DNA of 63,443 nucleotides, filler included, from Kipferlia bialata (taxonomy: Eukaryota), in NCBI GenBank assembly GCA_003568945.1. It is 7 parts of 6 records of this genome, joined end to end, with 100 filler letters (N's around TTAATTAATTAA, not from the genome) between each part and the next. Parts side by side here need not be neighbours in the genome. Positions count along the whole stretch, not along the records: positions 1 to 12,365 come from BDIP01001090.1; positions 12,466 to 24,828 come from BDIP01001091.1; 5 more parts are not named here. One strand, 5' to 3'. Below the pieces are notes generated by a model. It was not told where the DNA came from. It ran no database searches and saw only the letters and a program-made list of their open reading frames with translations. The position numbers and the translations under genes were made by a program. How positions within the stretch are numbered: position 1 is the first letter of the stretch; every line of letters begins with the position of its first letter. Of this stretch, positions 1 through 13,352 are shown one piece after another.

Positions 1-101
1 GCCCCCCCTGCCCCCAGTCCCCCCCCAGTTCCTCCCCCCGCCGGTCCACATCACCCCCCCCCCCCCCCCATTCTATCTCTCAAGTTCTCTCATCACCCCA
101 G

Positions 102-3100
102 TTTGTGTCCCCGCCTGAGGCACTCAGGGCAGGGAGGGATGCAGTGTCAGACTATGCTGTGTTCACTAGGCTGTGGGGGGGAGAGGCACCAGACACACTC
201 AAGGCAGCCAGGAGGCAGTTCATCATGGTATGCAGATGGTGTGTAGTAGTTATATATATGTATGTCTTGTTGCGTTTCCACTCTCACTCTGCAGGAGTAC
301 TTTCTGCATGCCAGGACCGGTGCCCTGTACCACAGGTCCAAGGGGGAGAGGACGGCATACGACGTGGTCACAGGTGTGTGTGTGTGGGTGGTATGTATAT
401 GCATCTGGCATTGCATAAGTCAGTCCGAAATTCTTTGACAACAATGTGACAATGGTGTTCTGTGTCAAAACATGTTTGATTATACCTGTACTCACTCTGC
501 CCCCAGGTGTGACAGGCTGTAGACGCAGTGTGGTTGCACAGTGTGTAAGGGAGGCCAAGGCAGCTGTCAGCACTAACCTGGCATGGGAGGGGGTAGATGT
601 AGGCAACACGGTGGATCACTGGTCCTCTAACACAGAGAGACCTCTCATATGGCCTGGTGGGGAGTTGCCTCTTGATCTAGGTAGGAAGGTAGTTGTATAT
701 CTGTGTCTCTTTTCGATGTCAACTTGTTCTCTTTGCCACTGACCTCAGGCATTGTATCATACACAGAGGCTGGTCCAGACACCTGTGATTCTGGCATAGA
801 GGCTGTAGGTAGCATTAGTCTATATATACTCACATGGCATAGCAGTAGAGAAACTCTCAACTCACTTCGTATTCGTATATTGTGTATATACTGACCCTAG
901 ACCCTATTGTTTCCACTGACGGTGATTCCTGTCCTGATGATACCACTGGTATTGATAATGGTGTAGGGTCAGGGTCGGATCTACACCTGGTATCAGTGGC
1001 ACTAGGTAGGGAGATATACAACCATACTAAGTGTTTCTGTTGGGATATAGGACTCTCAATGTGCCACTCATCCCAACCACCAGTATATATACCACTCACC
1101 CCCAGGCACCACCAGTGCCCAGATAGGCGATGCCCTCATACTGTATGCAGACAGGGGAGGATGGGTACTGGTCTACGATACAGGTGGGTGTGTATGTAGG
1201 GTATTCCAGGGTACATGTCCCCCCCTTCTTTCACTCCAGGTTGCACTTCCAGTCGTAACAGTAGCCCTGCCGAGAACACACGGGCAGACGACCAACTGAG
1301 GTGGGCATAGTCTAATACTGTCCTGCAGGTACTTCTCTCTACACTCTTACCCTTAGGTTCGATACTGCCTTCCTGCCCCACCTAGATGCAGCTGTGAGTG
1401 CGGCAAGGGTATCATCAGGGTACAGGGTGGAGGTGGTGCTGGTGGTGTCACACAGGTGGGGGGGAGAGGTATATACTGACTCATGGTGTGATTTCTACAG
1501 TTTGTGTACATCCAGACCCCACTCTGGAGCCATGTTGAATATAGTAGGAATTTGGTTGATATAAACTAAACTATATATACCATTGATGACGTCAACCATA
1601 AACCCACCCGAATGATACCATTTTCAAAGTACCATATTCATACCCTCACCCCCAGCGATGCTGACCACATTGGGTACCTACCCCATGTACTCAAGTGGAT
1701 GGCTGATACTCGGGAGGCACAGGAGGGACTGGTTACACTGCAAGGGATATCCGGTGACAGTATCCATGATAATGATAGCGGCACTGACACTGTGCCTACC
1801 CTCAGTGTGATGGGTGGCAGTAGGGTGTTCCTCAACCTGAGGGACAACTGTGCCCCTGCCACAGACCTACTCTGCAACGCGCTGAGGTGAGTATATGCTC
1901 TACGTGTCATATAGTACCCGTGTTTGCTTCCACTCAACCACCTGACCACCAGGCTCATCACCAACAATGAGACCTTTGTCAAGGGACATGCCACCACAGA
2001 CTCTGCCCCTACCCTCTCCCCCCTTGACCAGATAGAGAGGGCAGGGCAGGTACACTGGCTGTGTGACAAGCAGTGGAGGGAGAGGGAGAGGGAGTGTGTG
2101 CTGCTAGACTGGGTGTGTGACAGGTACAGGGTGGTTGTGCACATGCACCTGCCCCCGTTGCATGATGACCCCAACATGGAGGCAGTGTCCCTGTTGGTGG
2201 ATGTACAGGACAGAGGGGTGGATGATGCAGAGAGTGATTATAATGCCACAGATGCCACAAGTGCATCACAGGCTGGCACATTCAACACTGGTCTCAGGTA
2301 CTTCCTCTCTTTCTTCCACCCTCAGCCTATCCCATCCATTAAGCCTCTGTCTCTTACCCAGGGCTGCCCACCTCTTCCTACCAAGTGACGCCCCCCACCA
2401 GGTACCAGAACACTCTCTGCACTACATTTGAGTACTGATATATACCATCCCATGGTGCGTCAGTACCAATCCCAGGCCTGGCGTTCCTTCTATGACGCCA
2501 AGACCAGTCTGTGGAATAGTACTAGGGACACTTCGCACTGTGCCCTGTTCAAGTTACCCCACCATGGCTCTAAGAAGTCATGGCCCCAGGGGGTGGCAGG
2601 GGGGATGGAGGGCATGTTCAGGGTACGGCTGAGTTCCTATCTGTATAGATTCATTTGTAGACTCTCATGCTACCCTGTGATCTGTCTCTGACCCCAGGGC
2701 ACCCTCCCGAACTGCCTAGTGACAGGCACCCTAGGTACATCCACACCCTATGAGACAGGGTCAGACACACCTACCAGTGGGTCTATGAATGTGTCTATGT
2801 CTAGGAAGCAGTGTATGGCAGACGCCCACTCACACCTGCTGACCCAGATACAGGGAGTGCAGGATGGGGGGTTGGATAGCATATCATGCACCAGGCCCTG
2901 GGTGGTGGTACAGTCATGTGCTTTGCCTGTGCTGGATACACTACCAGAACACTTAACGTGTGTGGATAGTGACAAGTACTCTACTCATGGGTGTGACGTG
3001 CTGTGTCCATGTATTGATGGGGAGGTGGCGCCATTTGTACCAGTGTGTGTAGACGTTGCACTGGAGCCATCTATTGAGGGTACCCACCCCACCTTCCACA

Positions 3101-3579
3101 CCTCATGCCGCACCTTGGCTCCACCCCCCACAGAGTACAGGGACAGCAAGAGAGCAATAGCTGGGAGACGGCACTGTGGTGGTATATCCACAAGTGGTCC
3201 CACGGAGTCTATGGCTGAGCGTGTCAGTCAGTTTGTACATGCTCTGGCAGTACCTATTCCTTCAGTGCAGGATGGTGGATACTTCTATGAGGAACAGGGT
3301 ACTAGTATTCAGAGAGAGTACCAGTGGGGTCTCTCACTCAGTAGTGCTAACTCCCAGCACTCAGAACACTATTCACATGCATCTCTATCTGGACATGATA
3401 GTGTACAGTTGGAGCCCACTACTTTTAGTGTGGATGAAGGCAGGGGGTGTGAGGCAGAAGTGGTGCAACTGCACACCCCTGTTCGATATGCATGGGACAC
3501 TGATACAGAGACAGAGGGTGGCAAGTGCAGTGCGTATAAGGATGGGACAGATATGGGGCAGAGTGCAGTGGAGATGTAG
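102..3579 (+). CDS. Multi-exon ComEC/Rec2-like metallo-beta-lactamase-fold hydrolase with N- and C-terminal extensions (5' end probably beyond the contig start)
   Basis: Manual GT-AG splicing gives, in the expected order: LHLVSVALG..QIGDALIL..VLVYDTG; VVLVVSH|SDADHIG (HxDxDH, split by intron 1456-1655); DPNMEAVSLLV; LFLPSDA; LFKLPHHGSKKS (HHGS at 2560-2571). The last exon is ORF 2719-3579. Confidence 0.75.
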
Positions 3580-3796
3580 TTATGATGTATAATAGAATCG
3601 TTGGTGCAATGTAAAGGCCGAGAGAGTATAGATCATAGGATTGCCGTATCGTTCTCTATGAGTCACTAACATATATATAGGTAACCGCCACGTTAGAAAC
3701 TGAAGCATGAACAATCTATCCAACGGAAGATACTGTGTTCTTGCGGGAGACATACGTATCAACCACTCCAGCACAACATATACAAGCTACCTCCGT

Positions 3797-5886
3797 CTAG
3801 GCACTTGGTGCCCCCTGCTGCTGCTTCTTCCTTCTCTCTCTCTCTCTCTTCTTCTGTCCCTTGCTCTTCTTGCCCAGCTTCAGCTCCCCTGGCCCATACT
3901 GCCTCAGCACACAGTTGCAGGGGATGGCGTCTGTGGGGAGAGAGGTGCCTCTCTCGGAGTGGGCAGTCAGTTTCCTAGGGGTAGGGCAGGGAGGGGCAGT
4001 AGAGACATACATATACATATATTGATAACCACTGGTCACAGGGTAGGTGTGCTTCAGTGTGGACCCTATTTAGTCCCTCTACTACCCTATTCCAGTAGGT
4101 TCATACCTAGCTGTCATCTGTACAGGCCCCACCAGCACAGGTCTGTGCCTCATACTGGCCAGATGGTCCAGACAGGGCTGGATGGCATGGCCGGCAAGGC
4201 GCTCATACTGGGGTGGGGGATACATACATCTCTAGTGATACCTGGGAGTACAAAACTGTAATTTCTGCTGGTCCTGGTTCCTCCTATAGTATACATGCAG
4301 TGCAACACCTGCTCCCTGGGGTACAACACATATGTTTCTACCCCTCAATATACAACATGACTTGAATACGTATAGTAGTGTGTACAGTACCTGCTCCCTG
4401 GGGCCCAGTCTCTGCATGTCGTGCATGGGCATGTGCAGGAGCCACTCCAGCTTGGGCTCTCTGCTGCTCCTGGGGTTGGAACGTGACATGAAGAGGGAGA
4501 CGGCATGTAGTATATATATACATACATGAGAGTATGTACCTTATGTGCACCACAACGACTGGGACCTCGGTGCGGCCAATCCTGGCCCCCTCTGCCTCGT
4601 AGAGTCTGGGGGTGAGGAGGAGATACAGAGGGGGATGGGATACAGTAATAGTATGTAATATCATATAGGGAGGGAGAGAAACCAATGGGAGTATGTGTCA
4701 GTGATCCACCTGTCCCTGATACCATGCATCACATTGTATACAAATACATATATACATACATGTGGCAGTGATCACTTATGAATACATAGTATATATCATC
4801 ACCTGTCCCTGATACCATGCATTCTCAGACATGATATACCATACATATATATAGAGAGAGAGATGATAACTATTGAGTATTAATCATGCACACCTGTCCC
4901 TTATGGCATGCATCTCAGCACGGTGTGTTGCGTTGTTCTCGATCCTGTCGCACAGGGCCATGGCCATCCCAAGCCTGGGGGGAGAAGGGTGGATAGTATG
5001 GGTTAGTATGGTATACTCTATCTACACATACTATATGTAGGTGTTTTACTACGTCCATAGAACCTCTTTTTAGTGTTTGATATATAGAGGGATACATTAC
5101 GATGATATATCCTTGTACTTGACTTCAACTTGAGCCTGTCTGAATGGGGGGTGGGGGGTGATACTATTATAACATAAGGTCCGCCCCACCTTATGGCGTG
5201 TGTCTCCATGTTCCCCCTGTCCTCGGGTGGGATGGGCACAGAGGCGGCATCGGAGAACAGGTCAGGGTGCAGGGTCTGGGGTGGGGGATGAGTCAGGCGA
5301 TGAGTGCAACATGCAAATACACACATATGTAGTGTACTGTCAAGGATCCGGTTCAGTCAGGGTGCAGGGTCTAGGGGTGAGTCATCATCTCATAGAGTGT
5401 AGAGATAAGAAGAAGACAGGGGGAGAGAGCCACGAAACATAAACACGGAGTGCGAGAGAGATTACACTTTCGCCGGAAGAGAGGATGGGGGAGGGGGGGA
5501 TAGTCTCCCCTAAGAGAGAGACAGAGAGAAACGTGTGAGAAGGTGAGACATAGTGCATAACAGGGAGAGAGAGATAGAGCGAGAGAGTTAGAGAGAGCGA
5601 TATATAGACCGTATCCCACCTGGAACTCCGTCATGGCCTGGATGTCGAAGGGGTTGATGGCTGGGGGGGGACCATCGGCACCAATCCTGAGGGTGGGCAG
5701 CAAGGAGGGAATGGACCAGACTCATGGTAACTGTAGAGCGCACACACACATATCGTCTGTCTGTAAAGACCCCATGAAAGAGACGTATCTCTCATGTACA
5801 GATGCACCTCCCCACCTAGGCATGGGTCCCCTCATGTAACGGTCCTTGATGACCATGATACGCTTCATGTACGCATCCTGCGACAT
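3797..5886 (-). CDS. Multi-exon hypothetical protein with a basic C-terminus
   Basis: ATG at 5886 (MSQDAYMKRIMVIKDRY...). About 10 exons with GT/AG ends read through to ...KKRERERRKKQQQGAPSA* at 3797. No family recognised. Confidence 0.6.
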
Positions 5887-6572
5887 CTCTGCTGGTTAGC
5901 AAAGAAGAGAGGGGCTCCAAGCATATCTGAACTTGTTTTTGAGGTCAGACAATGATTACTACTAATGATTAATAGTAGATCTACAGTATGAGGTACAATA
6001 AGAACAACCTACCCTGGTGCCACCCTCTGGTACGTAGCACACAGCCTGTTATCCACCAACGGCTCTATAATGATCGTTAGAATGTCTTAGGCACATCTTG
6101 GAAACATACAGAATGTATCTCTGACAGTGTCGTTGGGAGGACGCTGCGTGTGTCCCAACGCGTTGAACTACAATCAAAAACAATGGGGGTATGACTATAT
6201 CGCTGGGGCTTATGACAAGCCTAGTGAACTAGAAGCAAGGGCACACGAGGGACAACAGCAGAGATACGGTCTGCTAGAAATGTTATTGTTCTGCAAATGT
6301 TTCTGCATATGTTTTTGTATTGTCGAGACGTATTCAAAGTGATACTACAGCACCATACTGACTCTCACATACAGTCGCTTAGAGAAGATCTATTCCGGTC
6401 GAAAAACAGTAGAAAGATAACGTGGAAAACAACACATACCAACAGTTGCATAACGAAAACACACATTGATAAATAGAGTAACGAACGACAATGCAAACTG
6501 ACACTAGTGTCAGAGTGAGACTATAATGATATAGAGTGATGAATGCTGGGTAGAGGTGCCTAAACATGTGCC

Positions 6573-9307
6573 TCAGCGACCCCTGGGGTCTGACGACATG
6601 TGCCCCCTATCCCTATCTCTTTGCGGCATTGGGCCCCTCCCCCTTTGGCCCTGACCAGCTCTGCCCATGTCTCTCTCTCTCTCTCTCTCTCTGCCGTGCA
6701 TGGGTGGGCCTCCCCTCCCCATCCCCCCTGGCCTCTGTCCACCCTGGCCTGGTCTCATGCCCCTACCCCTGTCCATACCACCCTGGTTACCAGAGTGAGG
6801 GGGACCCCCTCTCCCACCCTGACCTACTCTACCCTGTCCTTGAGGTGGACCCCCCCTGGCACCTGCCCCTCCCCTGTTCTGCCACCCACTGTTCTTGGGG
6901 GCAGGGGCTACAGCAGGAGCTTCCTGAGGGTGAGACAATGAAGGGATATGTACATTAATAACAATATATACATATAATAATGTATACGCCCCATACCTTA
7001 GTGTCTGAGACTGAGAGGTCTGCCTCTGCCCCTCCCCCCACCCCCACCACCACACCCTCGGCCACCCTCCTCACCACACACAGTGTAGAGTGGGCTGTAC
7101 CAGTGGGTACTGATGCAGCGATGGGAGCGGCATAGGCCATGGACTGAGCACCTGTCAGTAACAGTCTCCTCAGTGCATAGGCAGGGGTCAGGTCTGCCTG
7201 GGAGTGGCCCTGGGTGGGTAGGCCCAGGATGTGCTCACGATCGGCCTGGGGTCAGAGGATATGATATGATACACATGTATATACATATACAACACGTGAT
7301 GACTGTACATGACACTTCTTATATACCTCCGTGGGCGGCAGTGATGCCTGCAGAGCGTCTGCCCTAGCGTAGAAGGGCAGGTCTATGGGCAGCCCCTGCA
7401 CCGGTGTGACACTAAGCCTTGTCTGCTGCACCACTGATCTGAGTGTGGGGTAGAACACAGCCGTGGTCTGCAGCTTCTGCGTGAGTGTCTGGGTCACTGC
7501 CTCAGGCTGCAGAGGGGGGTGGGTGAGGGACATCGTCCCAGAGACTAGGTATGTGCCCACACCCTCCCCTGTACCCTGCACTGTATCCACCTGGGACACA
7601 CCCACACCCAGGAAGAGTACTCCAGTCTCATCCATACCCCCCTTCCCCCTCTGCCTAGTGATTAACCTCAGGTGGGGGGCACCTGGCTGGGCCAGCACGC
7701 ACAGGGCACCACCCCTCTTCTGCATGGCCCGTGCTATGTCGCCGTAGTCCTCACCCCCCTGCCTCCTAGACAGCACTGCCTGCACACCCTGTAGCACATC
7801 AACGGCATAGAGGGAGAGGGGGGTGGGGGGTGAAGTCTGTGACACAGAGGCAGAGAGGGAGTGGCATCTCTGACTGAGTGTGGCCAGGGGTTCACCAGTG
7901 GGTACTGTAGCACATGCATCTACCACATCCAGGAGGCAGGCGTACACATCCTCAGCCTCAGCCTCTGCCTCTGCACCCTGGTTGAGTGCAGCTAGGGTGG
8001 CAGCCCTACCCGACAGAGCACACCCGTCTATACCAGCTGCCTCTAGCAATGGCTGCAGGACAGACCACCTAGGCAGGTCGAGGTGGGATGGGCTGACACC
8101 CCACTCCTGTCCATCTAGGGTCACAAGGGCGCGGAAGGCAGGGCCCAGGCAGCAGACCCTGGGGGTAAGCTGCATACGTGTATGGTCACCATACACTTAT
8201 ATTGTAAACCATACTTGCTGTCTTTCGCTGCCGTCTGCAAGATGAATATATATATATACATACACAATACTATATATGTATCCATGTATCTCCCACCTGC
8301 TGTCCCTGGCCGTTGCCTGTGACACCAGAGACCTCCCTAGGAGATAGCAGAGCAAAGAGGCAGCCTGGGGGGTCAGTCTCTCTCAGAGCGCAAGAGTACC
8401 CGCTAGTAAAGAACAACCATACAGTAGTGGGAACGATACTGTATTAGCTCTGCATACCTTCGGGTGTCTGACGTCCTGTGCCCGTGGGTACATGTCTATG
8501 CACTGCAGGGCAGGGATAGACAGGGCAGCGTCCAGCGCAGAGCATGCATCACACCCAGTGCCAGACGGGTTGGACTCCCTGACCCACCTGGGGGGTGAGG
8601 CAATGTGTAGAGAGAGTACCAGTGTATATGAAATATGTAATATGGACATGTACATTGTCTCCCTACAAATCAATTAGAATACCCACCTGAGTACCGCCAG
8701 GGGGTGGCAAGAGGGTGAGAGCAGGGCGTCTGTGACGGGGCACCTCAGACCCAGTCTCAGGGCACACCGAAGGGCACTGCCTCCTAGAGCTCTGTTGCCC
8801 TGGGGTCACATATAGGGACACTAATCCTACACTGTAATGCACAGTTGGCGAAGGATTAATAATACGTGCGTACATATATCCATCCCCACCTTGTCCAACA
8901 CCCCTATCAGCATCGTGAGTGGCAGGGTGAGTGCTGTGCCTATCTCTGCTATGCTGTCGGCTGTCTGTGCTGGGCTGGGTGGGGTAGGGGGGCCGCTCTC
9001 CCTACACACCCAGTGGGATGTGCAGGACAGGAGGGGCAGGATACCACTGAGGGCAAGAGCCGCTGTGCTGGTGGCTGGGGGTAAGGGGTGTATAGTGTAT
9101 ACATAGCCGTATGGATTAGTAACACACATACCTGGAGAGCTGACTGCAAACTGGATCAGGTGGGTTTGGGCAGGGGAGAGGGGCACGTAGGAGAGTGCCT
9201 CTGCGGGTAGGGAGGTTGGGTCCAGCTTGGCGGCAGAGGCATTGACCCTCTCCACGTACACCCCAATGTTACTGGGCATGGCACTGAGGGCGGAGCATGC
9301 TCTGGAT

Positions 9308-9343
<36 letters not shown>

Positions 9344-11931
9344 GGTATGTACCTAGCTGTGAGGGAGAGTGTGTCTGGTCTCTCTGGCAGTAGGCACAGT
9401 GCCTGACTGGCCATGTTGGACAGAGCCACACACAGGGGGGAAAGTGGGGGGAACGAGGCTGTCTCTACCGGCAGACCATCGGGGACAAGGGCCGTGAAGG
9501 GGCAGGGGCTGCTAACCACCTCACTCCACAGTGTGCTGAGTGTGAGGGCATACCCCCCCAGCACACTCTGTCTAATTAGGCCAGGGCCCCTGCTGAAGAG
9601 CAGGTTCAACCCACTCCCATGCACCAGTGCCCTGGTACCCAGGCCAGAGGCAGGGCCGCAGTGGCCTAGATCAATGTCGGCATCCGCAAACTGTCTGGAG
9701 GGTCAGACGTGTAGACAACAATAAGTGGGTTTAAGGGAAGAGAAGTAGTATCACATGCCTCCCAGGTCGATGTCAGCATCCGCAAACTGTCTGGGATATT
9801 AGAATGGTGTGTATCACAAGGGAGCAATCATCAAGGGAAGACGGTATATATATATAATGTATAGTGTAAGGGGGTACCTCCCGTTCGAGTAGTAGTCTGC
9901 GACATATTCCTCGTCGTCTGCCTCTGTCTCAGCCAGAAAGGCAGAGGCCTCGGGGGGGGCATCGATCCTAGGGGGTCAGGGGGGGGAGAGGGTTACTCGC
10001 CAAGAGATGATAGAAAGACAATAGTCTATGCAAGAACATATAACTATGAATGCCTCTACCTGAGTGGTGGCTGGTTGGACATGCCCCTTTTGACGGGTGG
10101 TCTGTAGTTGGAGGACCCGACGCATATCCTCCTCCTGTCTGCACATGCATCCAGGGCATCCTGGCACCCATCACTCTGCTGCCACTCCCTGGGGGTGAAT
10201 GGGAGACACAGCAGATGTATGTATTGAGAGTATACAAATAGAAAGAGAGACACCCCAACTCACTTTATGGCTGCCACCTCTCTGGCCTGTCTCTGCTGGT
10301 GTCTGAGGGCAGCCCTCTCCCTCCTCACTATCGTGTCAAACCCCTTCCTATAGGCAGAGGCACTCTGACCCGATGGGGCCAGGGTGGACAGTGGACTAGA
10401 CAGGATGGTAGAGGCAGAGGGTAGGGACTGAGGGGTGGAGGCATGGGCTGCGGCAGCTGCTGCGGCCCTCTCTGCCGCTCTCTTCCCACCCCTGTGCTTC
10501 CTGGACCCCTTGTCCTGTACGATAGGTAGGAGGGCAGCTGATATGGCACTGGCCACCGTCCACACGTCGGAGCGGAGGATCTGACACTATGAGAGGCTTG
10601 TCTTATGTGTATGTATATGAAATATATGTATGTATATGTTAATACGTCAGAGAGCAGGATCTGGGATAAGGGATATAGACAAAGGGTAGGAGACACACAC
10701 ACAGTGTACAAATATACAATAGTACACACAGGTATATTATTGTATTGATCTACCTGTCCGTGTGCCCACCGTGCCAGGGGTCCATTCTCAGTACCCCCCA
10801 TCCCCTTGGCCCTCTCTCTCTCCCTCTCCTTCCCCCTCTCCCTCATATCCACGCATAGGTGGCCATAGATGGAGCTGGGGTCAGGTGATGCTTGTGGCAT
10901 AGAGTATGTCCCATCACACTCCAATTTACACACACCATCCCATCACTGTATACACACACCCTACCTAGTGAGTGGATGGCTACTGGCAGACACCCATGCT
11001 ACAGGCACAGCGTCATCTGGGAATGAGATAGGAAGGGATATTACTATCCAAAGTCCCTAATACTACGCCACCAGCCAAGAATACCACACATTGAATGTGG
11101 TATATCTAATATATACCAACTCTACATACATACCCACGTTGTCCACCACACTGAGTGGCAGAGGGAGACAGAACACAGGGGCCAGGGAGGTGGCAGTGAC
11201 AATGGTCTCGTGCTGGCACCTGGGGTGGGAATAGGACGGGTACACATCATAATGTGTAAAAACACATAAAGGGACATGCACACTTGTATATATGTATACA
11301 TGGGTGTAAAGGTACCTGTGTAGCAGCGTCTTGATCATGGATGCAGCCACGCTCTGTCTGTAGTCATCGGCCTGGGGGTAGATATGTGCAGAGAGTGATA
11401 GATAGATGTGTATACATAACACAGGCATGACACTAGTAGATATACTTGCAGCCACGCTCTGTCTGTAGTCATCGGCCTGGGGTGAGAACATACAGTACGC
11501 ATGTGGTCAGCTGCATGAGTATATTCACACCTGCACATCATTCAAGGCTGCCACCATGACGGATGCATCTATCAATGGTACATGTATATATGTATATATA
11601 TATACTCATATATATATATATAATTATAACTACCCACCTGCACATCATTGAGTGCAGCCACCATGACAGATGCATCTGCTATGGGCAGGTGGGAGAGGGT
11701 GCGGCGCTCATCGGCACTCCCAGACACGGAGATGGACAGGACATCCCCAGAGAGGTCACTGGAGAGTGAGAGGGATATAGAGACTGAGAGAGAGAGAGAG
11801 AGATGGACAGGACAGGCCCAGAGAGGTCACTGTGATTAGATATAGATACATACATATACAGAGAGACAGAGAGAGAGAGATGGACAGGACATCGCCAGAG
11901 AGGTCGCTGGAGGGTGGGAGGGATGTATACT

Positions 11932-11965
<34 letters not shown>

Positions 11966-12365
11966 AAGATGGACAGGACGTCCCCAGAGAGGTCACTGTG
12001 ATTAGATCAGTATATAAAAACAGAGAGAGAGATATAACATCGCCAGGAGATGTCCTGCGGGGGGGGGGGGATATACAGTCACTGAGGTGAGAGAGAGAGA
12101 CGTGAACATGTATGTGTACCATACAATAGTATATATATAATATATTGTATGTAGTATACATACCTTAGTCTCTGTGACGCCTTGGCCACCTCAGAGGCAG
12201 TCCCAAAGGCAAAGGCCCTGGGGTGAGGGGGGAGGTATATGTGGAGATATATACAATATATATAATACACATATATATGGGTAGATGTGGGGTGAACGCC
12301 ACGTGGGTGAAAGGGGGGAGGGGGGGGGGGGGGGCCCAGTACTCAGTCTCATTGAATGAACAGGC
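6573..12365 (-). CDS. Large multi-exon hypothetical protein (possibly more than one gene) ending in an RG/RGG-rich low-complexity tail; 5'-truncated
   Basis: Long exons lie within ORFs 7252-8196, 8827-9624 and 10260-10565 and are bounded by GT/CCCAG sites. The last exon reads EAPAVAPAPKNSGWQNRGG...DPRGR*. Confidence 0.55.
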
Positions 12366-12465
12366 NNNNNNNNNNNNNNNNNNNNNNNNNNNNNNNNNNN
12401 NNNNNNNNNTTAATTAATTAANNNNNNNNNNNNNNNNNNNNNNNNNNNNNNNNNNNNNNNNNNNN
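12366..12465. other. Artificial contig-joining linker N44-TTAATTAATTAA-N44 (also at 24829-24928, 37289-37388, 49747-49846, 53241-53340, 57085-57184)
   Basis: An identical 100-nt block occurs six times, with stop codons in all six frames. The first four segments are 12365, 12363, 12360 and 12358 nt, i.e. length-sorted contigs. Confidence 0.97.
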
Positions 12466-13031
12466 TAGGCACAGAGCTACACGCTCTACAGGGCACATGC
12501 GTCAAGGTAGGGGGACAAGTGTTATGGTGATGGTATAGAAGGGCTTATATATATGTCTGCACCGTGTGCCTCACCGTCCAGGTGTGTGTGAGGCCTAGAC
12601 TCACTAAGGATGCCGGTAGCAGCATCAGGGCCAAGAATGACAGGGAGACAGAGGAAACAGAGGAAGTGAGTAGACCTGATGAGAGAGTCAGCGGTGTTGG
12701 GGTGGAAAGACATGCTGAGACGTCAGCTGAGGTCAAGGTCAAGGCTGACACTGTATCATCCACTGATAGAGGAGACACTGAGAGTCTCACTGGGAGAGAG
12801 ACTGACAGAGAGAGTGAGGAGGAGCCTCCAGTTCGGGTAGAGGGAAACACTGATGCAGAGACCGAGACAGATTCACCCGAGGATGTGGAGGAAGAGACTG
12901 AGACAGAGGGAGAGGGCGAGGGCGAGACAGAGGGCGAGCTCCAGGTGGAGACTGAGATTGATACATCTCTCGGTGTCAGGGAGAGTGAGGCAGTAAGTGA
13001 GGGTATAAGGGATGAGGTGGAGGGCGTCTGA
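12466..13031 (+). CDS. 3' end of a hypothetical gene with an acidic E/T/G-rich C-terminus
   Basis: GTELHALQGTCVK|gtaggg...ccgtccag|VCVRPRLTK...EVEGV* splices in frame on the + strand. Confidence 0.55.
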
Positions 13032-13352
13032 TCATCGTTTGCGTATGTGTAGATAGTCATATTAATTATCATATACTTTACAATGTATAGTACACAGCCT
13101 CGGGTTACGAAGTGCATGCTAGTGGTTAATAGAGACATGTACCAATATACGTGTTATACTATGATTGTTATCATAGTGACATATTTAGGAACATATAGCT
13201 GACGTCATTTATATGTTACGAATCTCTGAGACTCGTAGATAGATAAATCATGCACCTCAACTTGGAAATATACCATCGAGTGTCGAATGATCGCTATTTG
13301 CATCTATTCTCCTAGCTTCTCTCTTGACCATTCTTGACCGCCAACCTTTCTA

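Noticed and set aside
11130..11375. RhoGAP-like words (VAASMIKTLL, SLAPVF) in the large minus-strand gene
   Set aside because: Spacing is too short and no arginine-finger motif was found; insufficient for a call.
12366..12465. Recurrent TTAATTAATTAA palindrome
   Set aside because: Artificial all-frame-stop linker embedded in Ns; not biological.
12545..13138. Minus-strand Ser/Thr-rich mucin-like ORF of 197 aa
   Set aside because: It is the antisense shadow of the + strand E/T-rich exon, which has in-frame splice sites.
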